NCBI GenBank assembly: GCA_964633225.1
Contig: CAZWFQ010000004.1
Location: 13,512-77,511, forward strand
Source of the DNA: an uncultured Anaerolineaceae bacterium
Lineage (GTDB): Bacteria; Chloroflexota; Anaerolineae; Anaerolineales; UBA4823
Reading direction: 5' to 3'
DNA: 64,000 nt
Part shown: one piece after another, positions 1 to 7,622 of the stretch
How the letters are laid out: each line of letters begins with the position of its first letter
How positions within the stretch are numbered: the first letter of the stretch is position 1
Notes under the pieces: model-generated
Told to the model about the DNA's origin: nothing
Seen by the model: only the letters and a program-made list of their open reading frames with translations
Databases searched by the model: none
Program-made: the position numbers and the translations under genes

Positions 1-1286
1 TCTCAGTCAACCCCACCCTGGTCAGCCTGGGCGGCCTGCTGTTCGTGCTCGGCCTGATCTTTGTGGCCCCCACCCTGGTCAACCCGGTGGCACTGCTGTT
101 CAGCAAGCTGCTGGCCCTGGCCTTCGCCCGCGATGGCACAGCCCAGTTAGCTGAGGGCAACCTGAGCCGCCAGCCCAACCGCACCGCCATCACCGCCGCC
201 ACAACCATGATCGCCATCGCCGTGGTGGTGATGGGCGCCAGCCTGATGTCGAGCCTGGGCACCAGCTTTGTAGATATGCTGAAGAAAAGCCTGGGCAGCG
301 ATTACCTGCTGATACCGCCCTCTGTTTCGCTGTGGGGCTCAAACGTGGGCGCCAGCCCCGAACTGGCCGAGAATCTGCGCGCCATCGATGGCGTGGCGGT
401 GGTCAGCTCAACCCGCTTTGCCAGTGCTCTGATCAACGATGCACCGGTGGGTTTGCTGGGTATTGAGCCACGCGCCTACACCGAAGTCAGCGGCCTGGCC
501 TTCTCGCAAGGAGATCCAGAAGCAGCCTACCAGGCCCTTGAGAGCGGGCGCGCCATGATCATCAATGGCCCGTTGGCCGCAGCCGCAGGCATCAGCCTGG
601 GCGATGAGGTAGCCCTGCTAACCCCCAATGGCCAGCAGACCTATCGCGTGGTAGGCATTGCTTCTGACTTTCTGAATGCCAAGACCAATACCGCCTATGT
701 CTCGCATACCAACATTCAGGGCGATTTCGGGCGCAGCGAAGACGTGCTCATCCAGGCCAACCTGCTGCCCGGCGCCGATGCTGAGGCCGTTGAAGCAGCC
801 TTCAGGCAGGCCATTGCGCCTTATCCACAGTTCAAGCTGGTGGCAGGCCAGGAGTATGTGGACCAGAATGCCGGCCTGCTCCAGTCTGCCTTTGCAGGGA
901 TGTACGTGATGGTGATCTTCCTCTCCATCCCCTCTCTGATCGCCATGGTCAACACCCTGGCCATCGGCGTCATCGAGCGCACCCGCGAGATCGGCATGCT
1001 GCGCGCCGTGGGTTCAACCCGCCGCCAGGTGAGCACCATCATCCTGGCTGAGGCCATCATCCTGTCTGCCATTGGCACAGCCTTTGGCATCGCCGCGGGG
1101 CTGTACCTGGGCTATATGGCTACCATGGCCATCGGCGACCTCGTCTTCCCAATGACCTATCACTTCCCCATTGCGGGGGTGCTGGTGGCGATTGCGGCAG
1201 GCCTGATCTTTGGGGCGATCGCGGCGATCATCCCAGCCCGCCAGGCCGCCAGGATGGAAATCGTCCAGGCCTTGCGCTACGAGTAA
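1..1286 (+). CDS. ABC transporter permease, FtsX/MacB-like (5' partial, frame open to window edge)
   Basis: ORF 45..1286 stays open upstream to the window edge. C-terminal FtsX-type 4-TM bundle with 'ERTREIGMLRAVGSTRRQV'. The large periplasmic-like region before the TM cluster is typical of MacB/LolE-type permeases. Confidence 0.8.
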   Translation, partial: SVNPTLVSLGGLLFVLGLIFVAPTLVNPVALLFSKLLALAFARDGTAQLAEGNLSRQPNRTAITAATTMIAIAVVVMGASLMSSLGTSFVDMLKKSLGSDYLLIPPSVSLWGSNVGASPELAENLRAIDGVAVVSSTRFASALINDAPVGLLGIEPRAYTEVSGLAFSQGDPEAAYQALESGRAMIINGPLAAAAGISLGDEVALLTPNGQQTYRVVGIASDFLNAKTNTAYVSHTNIQGDFGRSEDVLIQANLLPGADAEAVEAAFRQAIAPYPQFKLVAGQEYVDQNAGLLQSAFAGMYVMVIFLSIPSLIAMVNTLAIGVIERTREIGMLRAVGSTRRQVSTIILAEAIILSAIGTAFGIAAGLYLGYMATMAIGDLVFPMTYHFPIAGVLVAIAAGLIFGAIAAIIPARQAARMEIVQALRYE

Positions 1287-1319
1287 AGAGCAATCTCAAG
1301 CGATATTGAAGTCACTCTT

Positions 1320-1733
1320 ATGAATGGCTTCAATATCGCTTATAATTTAACCGTGGCAACTATTTTGTTAGCAGAAGATAACGAATTAGTCAGCGAGATG
1401 ACCAGCGAGCGGCTGAAGATGCACGGCTTTAACGTGGTCGCGGTAGGGAATGGACTAGAAGTACTGGCCTACGTCCGCCAGCAGTTTCCTGACCTGATCC
1501 TGTTGGACATGAGCATGCCGGTGCTGGATGGCTGGAGAACCGCTCAGAAATTGAAAGACGATCCCGCCACACGCAAGATCCCGATCATCGCCGTCACCGC
1601 CCACGCCCTCATCGGCGACCGCCAGAAAGCGCTCCAGTCTGGCTGTGACGTGTACGTGACCAAGCCGGTGAACTTCCCTGACCTTTTGGCAAAGATCAAT
1701 GGGCTGCTGGAAATCGACTCTCAGTATCAATAA
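1320..1733 (+). CDS. single-domain response regulator (CheY-like receiver)
   Basis: Canonical receiver motifs: 'ILLAEDNE', 'DLILLDMSMPVLDG', 'IIAVTAHA', 'YVTKPV'. Confidence 0.9.
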   Translation: MNGFNIAYNLTVATILLAEDNELVSEMTSERLKMHGFNVVAVGNGLEVLAYVRQQFPDLILLDMSMPVLDGWRTAQKLKDDPATRKIPIIAVTAHALIGDRQKALQSGCDVYVTKPVNFPDLLAKINGLLEIDSQYQ

Positions 1734-1752
1734 TAAATTGCAATAATAAATT
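1728..1752. repeat. tandem 12-bp direct repeat CAATAATAAATT x2 (1-nt spacer)
   Basis: CAATAATAAATT occurs at 1728-1739 and 1741-1752. The first copy carries the TAATAA double stop of the receiver gene. This is an AT-rich island in a GC-rich genome. Confidence 0.7.
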
Positions 1753-1754
1753 AT

Positions 1755-1790
1755 AAGGAGAAAGCGGCGCTTGGGCGCCGCTTTCTCCTT
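1755..1790. terminator. bidirectional intrinsic terminator between convergent genes
   Basis: Perfect 16-bp inverted repeat AAGGAGAAAGCGGCGC-TTGG-GCGCCGCTTTCTCCTT, flanked by A/T runs on both sides. It lies between the receiver gene and the DnaC-like gene. Confidence 0.8.
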
Positions 1791-3270
1791 ATTTCCTTGC
1801 TTTTGTCCGCTTTGCGCCTGGCTTGCCAGGCGCTTTGGCTGTGCCGCGATAATTGGGCACGGTGATGGGGCAAATGGTGCACAGGCGCGCATCTTCCAGG
1901 CGGCTGAGCAAACGCGCGTCAATGTTCTCCATCAAACCTGTCACGGTGATCACGGTTGGCAGGCGGATCAGGTAACGGTAATCGAAAAGCTGGAAGAGTT
2001 TTTCTTGCGCCCAAGGCGTGTTCGATTGAGAGCCCAGGTCATCCAAGATCAGCAGCGGGGCTGTGCGGATCTCTTCAAAACGCCGGTCCAGGCTGACCGG
2101 GCTGGTGGGACTGAATGTGGCACGCAAATGATCAAGCAGCGCTGAAACCATGATGAAAAGCGGCGGCTGGCCCAGGTCAGCACGGTAATTGGCAATCGCT
2201 GCCGCCAGGAAGGTTTTGCCGCACGCCGCAGGGCCGGTGAACACCAGCCATCCATCCGGATGGTGGGCAAATTCATTCGCCTGGCGCATCGCATTTTCCA
2301 GGCTGCGCCGGTCTTCTTCGGGCAGATGCTCGCCGGCGCGGTCATCGAAACGGCTGAAGGTTTGTTCGTGGTGCATCGCCAGCGACGAAAGCTCCGAATG
2401 CCCGGCATCATCGGTCGGGCGGCGGAAATCAGTCGCCTGGATATTTACCGATGTCACCAGGTCGGGGTCTTCCAGCCGCGAGCGGATGCGTGGCTCAACC
2501 TGTTCCAACAGCAGGTTGGTGGTCACCACCAACGGCAGGCGGTTGATATAGCGGTAATTGATGATCTGGAAGAGTTTTTCCTGCGCCCAGGCGGTTGCGT
2601 TCTGCGTACCAAAATCGTCCATCACCAGCAGCGGGGCCGTGCGGATCTCTTCAAAGCGTTCTTCAAACGTGCTCTCAGGATCGTTGTATGCAAACCGCAG
2701 TGCATCCAACAAGTCGGGCACTGTGATGAACAGGGTGGGCACACCCAGGTTGACCACAAAATTGGCAATGGCTGCCGCCAGGTGAGTTTTGCCGCAGCCA
2801 TACTTCCCCTGCAGCAAAAGCCAGCCGTTCAGTGCTTGAGAGAACTGGCGGGCTTGGTTATAAGCCCGTTCGAGCGAGTCGGCCTGCCAGGGACCCAGCC
2901 CCACCCGGCCGCGCGGCTGAAAATTCTCAAAGGTTAAGTGCTGCAAGGCCTGCAGGTTGCTCAGCGCAAATAAGCGGTGATGCACTTTTTGGCGCACCTC
3001 ACCCAGCCGGCAAGTACACACTTCCAGCTTGCCAAAATCCGGATGATCAATTGGCACATCATGCCGCAGGTAACCCAACCCACCGCACATGGGGCAGGTG
3101 GGGTCGCCAGCCAGCGTGGCAGCCCGCGCCGCCGGGTTCAGCACCGCGCCGGCGGTGCGGCCTGCTGGTGCGCCATCATTTGTCGCTGCGGCGCTGCTCC
3201 CAGCGGGCATAGCGCTGGCGAGCTTGCTCAGCGTCTGGTCGATCTTGCTCTTTTTTCCCTGTCCGGTCAT
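1789..3270 (-). CDS. tandem-duplicated DnaC/IstB-like AAA+ helicase-loader protein with N-terminal Cys4 zinc motif
   Basis: Two complete modules. Module 1: Walker A 'GKYGCGKTHLAAAIAN' and Walker B 'LLVMDDFG'. Module 2: Walker A 'GPAACGKTFLAAAIAN' and Walker B 'LLILDDLG'. N-terminal 'CPMCGG...CTC'. SD AAGGAGG lies 5 nt upstream of the ATG at 3270. Confidence 0.8.
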   Translation of the reverse strand: MTGQGKKSKIDQTLSKLASAMPAGSSAAATNDGAPAGRTAGAVLNPAARAATLAGDPTCPMCGGLGYLRHDVPIDHPDFGKLEVCTCRLGEVRQKVHHRLFALSNLQALQHLTFENFQPRGRVGLGPWQADSLERAYNQARQFSQALNGWLLLQGKYGCGKTHLAAAIANFVVNLGVPTLFITVPDLLDALRFAYNDPESTFEERFEEIRTAPLLVMDDFGTQNATAWAQEKLFQIINYRYINRLPLVVTTNLLLEQVEPRIRSRLEDPDLVTSVNIQATDFRRPTDDAGHSELSSLAMHHEQTFSRFDDRAGEHLPEEDRRSLENAMRQANEFAHHPDGWLVFTGPAACGKTFLAAAIANYRADLGQPPLFIMVSALLDHLRATFSPTSPVSLDRRFEEIRTAPLLILDDLGSQSNTPWAQEKLFQLFDYRYLIRLPTVITVTGLMENIDARLLSRLEDARLCTICPITVPNYRGTAKAPGKPGAKRTKARK

Positions 3271-3922
3271 CCCGGCCTCCTTCCTGCCAGCGGCGCAGGA
3301 TTGCTTCTACATAGCGCCAGGAGCGCTTATTGCGTTCCACCGCGATCCGGATGGCGTCTTCAATCCATTCGCTGGGATAGAGCGCTTCAGCATCCCGCAG
3401 GCTGTCGGCTAATAGAGGGGTCAACGGGCCAATATTGCCCTCGTACAAACGGTAAATATTCGGCCGCTCAACATACACTGCCAGTGGATCCTGATCCTGG
3501 CCGGTGGAACGCCATTCACCCTTTTGGATGGATTGGATCGCCGCCCGCCCTTTGGCATTATTAATGAAGACCAATCGTTCATCAGCCGGCGCAGAAATCC
3601 CAGGTTGGGCGCTAACCTGTTCCACCGGCAAATGTGCTACCAACAATGTGCCGCGCTGAGCCGCGCGGGCCAGGGCATCTTCCAGAGCGTTTTGTGCTTC
3701 GATGGCGGTGCGCCCCAGGGATCCCATCAAGGCCGTATCCGCCAGGAATTCTGCCCAACGCAGGCAGCGGAAGGAACCTTCTTTACGCTCCAGCCGCCAG
3801 AAGACATACAACGTAATGCGCAGCTCACCCAGGTGATCGATCTGCCACAGCAACTCGCGGAAGAAGGTCTCAGGCAGGCGAACGGGTCTTTTCTCGTTTT
3901 CCGCAAAGCCATCGAAAGGCAT
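3176..3922 (-). CDS. DnaD-domain replication protein (replisome organizer-like)
   Basis: C-terminal DnaD/DnaB_2-type motif 'RSWRYVEAILRRWQEGG'. Positioned between dnaB and the DnaC-like gene. Its charged C-terminal tail overlaps the DnaC-like ORF. Confidence 0.65.
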   Translation of the reverse strand: MPFDGFAENEKRPVRLPETFFRELLWQIDHLGELRITLYVFWRLERKEGSFRCLRWAEFLADTALMGSLGRTAIEAQNALEDALARAAQRGTLLVAHLPVEQVSAQPGISAPADERLVFINNAKGRAAIQSIQKGEWRSTGQDQDPLAVYVERPNIYRLYEGNIGPLTPLLADSLRDAEALYPSEWIEDAIRIAVERNKRSWRYVEAILRRWQEGGRDDRTGKKEQDRPDAEQARQRYARWEQRRSDK

Positions 3923-3931
3923 CTTTTGAGC

Positions 3932-5311
3932 CTATGTCTTTCCCAGGTCAACCACGTATGTGGCCGCATTCTCAAATTTCGCCAGGTTATCCCGGAACAC
4001 CAGTTCCACCGTACCTACCGGGCCATTGCGGTGCTTAGCAATCTTGATCTGCGCCAGGTGCTGCTTGAGGGTATCCTTCTCATACATCTCTGGGCGATGG
4101 ATGAACATGACGATATCCGCGTCCTGCTCAAGAGATCCACTTTCTCTCAAGTCTGAGAGCTGCGGCTCCTTGTCGGCGCGCTGCTCAATGGCGCGCGAAA
4201 GCTGGGCGGCTGCCATCACAGGCACGTTCAGCTCGCGCGCCAGGATCTTCATGTGGCGCGAGATGTAGGAAACCTCTTGCACCCGGTTATCAGTGCGCTG
4301 CCCACCGCTCATCAACTGTAAATAATCCACCAAAACCAGGTCAATGCCGTATTCCATGTGCAGGCGGCGGCACTTGGTGCGCAGTTGCAAAGGCGTTAAG
4401 CCGGGCGTATCATCCAAGAAGATGTGGGTATCGCCCAATACCTCCACCGCGTGAGCAAACAAAGACCACTCTTCCTCGGTCAGCTTGCCGGTGCGCAGGT
4501 GGTGGGTATCAATGGTAGTCTCCTGCGAAATTAAACGCTGGACGAGCTGCTCAGCCGACATTTCCATCGAGAAGACAGCAATATGCTTTTTATGCAGTTG
4601 GGCCGCGTTCTTGGCGATAGAAAGCATGAAAGCCGTCTTACCCATACCAGGGCGCCCGGCAATGATCAAAAAGTCTGAGGGCTGTAAGCCCCCCAGCATC
4701 TTATCCAGGTCCAAGAAACCCGTCGGCACCCCCACGGTCTCTTCACCGCGCCGGGCAATGGCATCAATGCGATCATAATACTCGCTCAGCACCTGCTGGA
4801 TCGGCTGCAGGTCGCGCGTCATACGGCGCTCGCTGACCCCAAAGATGGCCTTTTCGGCCTCATCCATCACCGCTTCAAGCCCCAGTTCTTCCTGGTAAGC
4901 CAGCTTGGCGATGTCGTTGGCAGCCGTCAGCATCCGCCGGCGGATGGCAGTCTGTTCCACCAGGCGCCCATACGCTTCAGCGTGCAGGGCGGTGGGAACA
5001 TTGTTAATCAGCGCCGTCAGGTAAGCAGGCCCGCCCACCTCACCCAACTGGCCCATCTGATCCAGTTCTTCTGTAACGGTCAAGAAATCCAACGGCATGC
5101 GGCGCTCGTGCAAGCGCGTAAATGCTTCCCACACCCAACGATGCCGGTGAATGTAAAAATCGTCCGGGCGCAAGAATTGCGCCACGTCATAATACGCCTC
5201 AGGGTTGATCAGCACCGCACCAATCACCGATTCTTCGGCTTCGCGGCTGTGCGGCACCACCTGAGGAGCAGGTGCGGGGGTTTCTTCAAACGGAGGCTGG
5301 TCGTCCATCAA
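3932..5311 (-). CDS. dnaB: replicative DNA helicase DnaB
   Basis: 459 aa. N-terminal 'PHSREAEESVIGAVLINPEA', Walker A 'GRPGMGKTAF', Walker B 'LVLVDYLQLM', 'AAAQLSR' and 'IAKHRNGPVG'. No intein insertion. Confidence 0.95.
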   Translation of the reverse strand: MMDDQPPFEETPAPAPQVVPHSREAEESVIGAVLINPEAYYDVAQFLRPDDFYIHRHRWVWEAFTRLHERRMPLDFLTVTEELDQMGQLGEVGGPAYLTALINNVPTALHAEAYGRLVEQTAIRRRMLTAANDIAKLAYQEELGLEAVMDEAEKAIFGVSERRMTRDLQPIQQVLSEYYDRIDAIARRGEETVGVPTGFLDLDKMLGGLQPSDFLIIAGRPGMGKTAFMLSIAKNAAQLHKKHIAVFSMEMSAEQLVQRLISQETTIDTHHLRTGKLTEEEWSLFAHAVEVLGDTHIFLDDTPGLTPLQLRTKCRRLHMEYGIDLVLVDYLQLMSGGQRTDNRVQEVSYISRHMKILARELNVPVMAAAQLSRAIEQRADKEPQLSDLRESGSLEQDADIVMFIHRPEMYEKDTLKQHLAQIKIAKHRNGPVGTVELVFRDNLAKFENAATYVVDLGKT

Positions 5312-5892
5312 AGCTTATCAGGCTCGTCGTCTACGCCATTGGGCTTGTCAATATCGTTCATGTCAAGCTGGTCAAGAAAATCTTCAAAAATGGACAGGCG
5401 TCCTTCGGTCTCTTCGCCAGCCGATTCGGGAGCTGGCTTTTCGGTCCGGCTGGGTTTCGGGCTGGCGCCATCTTGTAAGTCTTCCTCCGGCAAGATACCA
5501 ACCGTATCCATGACCGTCTTGGCAACCATGATCGGAACATGGGCCCGCACTGCCAACGCCAGGGCGTCAGATGGCCGCGAATCGATGTTGATCGTCTGAC
5601 CGTTCAATTCTGCCACGATGTTGCCATAGAAAGTCTCTTCTCGCATCGCAGTAACTTCAACACGCAAGATCCTGGCCCCCAAAGCGGTAAAGGTGCTGCG
5701 CAGCAAATCCCAGGTCAGCGGACGCGCCACTTCAACTTCCTGCAGCGCCAGCGCAATCGCCTCGGCCTCATAGATACCAATCCAGATGGTCAAATAACGA
5801 TCCGCATCCGTCTCTCTGAGCACCACGATGCGCTGCTGCGACATCAAGCTCACACGAATGCTATCAACGACACATTCCACCATATCCGACAT
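5308..5892 (-). CDS. bifunctional nuclease family protein (DUF151/BFN domain)
   Basis: 'RIVVLRETDADRYLTIWIGIYEAEAIALALQEVEVARPLTWDLL' matches the DUF151 core. 4-bp overlap with dnaB. Confidence 0.8.
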   Translation of the reverse strand: MSDMVECVVDSIRVSLMSQQRIVVLRETDADRYLTIWIGIYEAEAIALALQEVEVARPLTWDLLRSTFTALGARILRVEVTAMREETFYGNIVAELNGQTINIDSRPSDALALAVRAHVPIMVAKTVMDTVGILPEEDLQDGASPKPSRTEKPAPESAGEETEGRLSIFEDFLDQLDMNDIDKPNGVDDEPDKL

Positions 5893-6054
5893 AGCCGCCT
5901 CCGAAACGATTGTCTTTGCAGGGTTATTTTAACACGGATTCCCAGAAGTTATCTGACCTTGCGATTTGTTAAGATTCCGGTATAATTCCGATTGGTTGGA
6001 CATTCAGTCTGGGGGCCCATTACTCAGCAGCAACCAAATTTATTAAGGGACACT

Positions 6055-6711
6055 ATGAAAGCCAGGATACTTTGGATTGAGGGCAAACGGGCTGATAGTC
6101 CCACTTTTGTGCCCGCCCTGAGAAAAAAAGAATACACGGTAGATGTAGTGTCAACTGGCAATGCTGCCCTCGAGCAGTTGAGCAGTTTAGACCCTGATCT
6201 GGTTGTGATTAACGCCGCCTCGATGCGCACCAGTGGTAAACGCACGTGTCGCCAACTGCGCGCTAAATTGAACGGCCTGCCAATTGTCGTGATCCTCAAT
6301 GCCGACCAGCCAGATTCTGACGATAGCTGCGCCAACGCCTTCCTCAAACTACCTTTTACGGCTCGCAAGCTGCTCAACCGCATCCAACCGCTGCTGCCCG
6401 GTGACGGCGAACACCTGCTGCACGTGGGGCTTATCCGGCTGGATACAGAACGGCGGCGGGTTCGCTGCCAGGGTCGTGAAGCCCGCCTGACACCTCGCCT
6501 GGCCCAACTGCTGCAAATCCTCATGGAACATCCAGGCGCAGTGGTTGAACGCGCCCAACTCTTTCGCCAGGTGTGGAAAACCGAATACACAGAAGATACC
6601 CGCACCCTGGATGTGCATATCAGTTGGCTGCGCGAGGCCATCGAAGAAGATCCTCGCCATCCCCAGTTCTTAAAAACAATCCGCGGCGTCGGCTACCGCC
6701 TGGACACATAA
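6055..6711 (+). CDS. OmpR-family winged-helix regulator with atypical (non-phosphorylatable-looking) receiver
   Basis: C-terminal 'LTPRLAQLLQILMEHPG...TLDVHISWLREAIE...IRGVGYRL'. The receiver has EG instead of the acidic DD pair ('ILWIEGK') and Asn at the phospho-acceptor position ('LVVINAAS'). SD AAGGGA lies before the ATG at 6055. Confidence 0.8.
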   Translation: MKARILWIEGKRADSPTFVPALRKKEYTVDVVSTGNAALEQLSSLDPDLVVINAASMRTSGKRTCRQLRAKLNGLPIVVILNADQPDSDDSCANAFLKLPFTARKLLNRIQPLLPGDGEHLLHVGLIRLDTERRRVRCQGREARLTPRLAQLLQILMEHPGAVVERAQLFRQVWKTEYTEDTRTLDVHISWLREAIEEDPRHPQFLKTIRGVGYRLDT

Positions 6712-6732
6712 TACGCATCGTAAAAAAGAACT

Positions 6733-7497
6733 GTGCAGCTCTACTTCATCCGTCACGCTCAATCCTATAACAACGCCCTATATGATTCCACCGGCAGCGA
6801 CCGGGGACGGCGCTTTGATCCCGAATTGACCGAGATCGGCCAACAGCAGGCCGCAATCCTGGCGCAGTTCCTGAAACGCAACCACCGGCCTTCTCATGCC
6901 GCTGCAGAGCCGCAGGCTGTTTCCTTCGAAAACAAAACCTCCTCCTTCGGGTGCGACCCACAGAACCAGGCTGGCTTTGGCCTGACGCATCTCTACACCA
7001 GCCTGATGCAGCGCGCCACAGCCACCGCCTCGGCAGTGGCCCAGGCGCTTGACCTGCCGCTAGTGGCCTGGGTCGATCTCCATGAGGGGGGTGGGCTGTA
7101 TCTCAACAACGAGGTCACCGGCGAACCAGCCAGCCTGCCCGGCCCAGGGCGTTCTCATTTTGAGGCCCATTATCCCAGCCTGCAGCTCCCCGCCTGGCTG
7201 GATGAGCAAGGTTGGTGGCGGCGGCCCTACGAAACGCGCCCAGAGCGTGCCTTGCGCGCTCGCCGTGTGCTCGACGAGCTGCTGGCGCGCCACGCCAACA
7301 CAGAAGACCGGGTAGCCTTTTTCAGCCATGGCGGCTTCTACAATCATTTCTTGACCGCACTGCTGAACCTGCCATCGCGCGACGGCCTGTGGTTCTCTCT
7401 CAACAACACCGCCATTACACGCATTGACTTCGCCGATGAACTGCGCCTGGTCTACCTCAACCGGTTGGATTTTATTCCGTCCAGGCTGGTGACCTGA
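6733..7497 (+). CDS. histidine phosphatase family protein (phosphoglycerate mutase-like)
   Basis: N-terminal 'LYFIRHAQSYNN' RHG-type motif and downstream 'FFSHGGF'. GTG start. Confidence 0.8.
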   Translation: MQLYFIRHAQSYNNALYDSTGSDRGRRFDPELTEIGQQQAAILAQFLKRNHRPSHAAAEPQAVSFENKTSSFGCDPQNQAGFGLTHLYTSLMQRATATASAVAQALDLPLVAWVDLHEGGGLYLNNEVTGEPASLPGPGRSHFEAHYPSLQLPAWLDEQGWWRRPYETRPERALRARRVLDELLARHANTEDRVAFFSHGGFYNHFLTALLNLPSRDGLWFSLNNTAITRIDFADELRLVYLNRLDFIPSRLVT

Positions 7498-7501
7498 CAT
7501 C

Positions 7502-7550
7502 TTGACACTTTCTTGACATGTTGGCGTCGTTTCTTGATCTTTAATTGACA
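7502..7550 (+). promoter_or_regulatory. cluster of TTGACA/TTGATC direct repeats upstream of the APC permease gene
   Basis: TTGACA at 7502, 7513 and 7545; TTGATC at 7533. The first two copies (CTTGACA) are 11 bp apart, one helical turn. This may be a regulator binding array and/or -35 elements. Confidence 0.35.
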
Positions 7551-7622
7551 TGGGTGGGGGTATAAATCAGCTTCGGCCTGCGGGCCATTGCCAAGAACCC
7601 ATTCGATCAAGGAATGATTTGT

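Noticed and set aside
1789-5892. Possibility that the DnaB/DnaD/DnaC cluster is a prophage or plasmid replication module
   Set aside because: No integrase, terminase, capsid, partition genes, att-like repeats or compositional break flank it, and the neighbours are ordinary chromosomal genes. I treat it as the chromosomal helicase/loader set, pending a check that no second dnaB exists.
5968-5980. The 13-mer ATTCCGGTATAAT is shared between the regulator promoter at 5968 and the region upstream of the giant kinase gene (about 45437-45449, minus strand)
   Set aside because: Half of the match is simply a consensus -10 hexamer, and the flanks are unrelated. Two copies are insufficient to call a motif.
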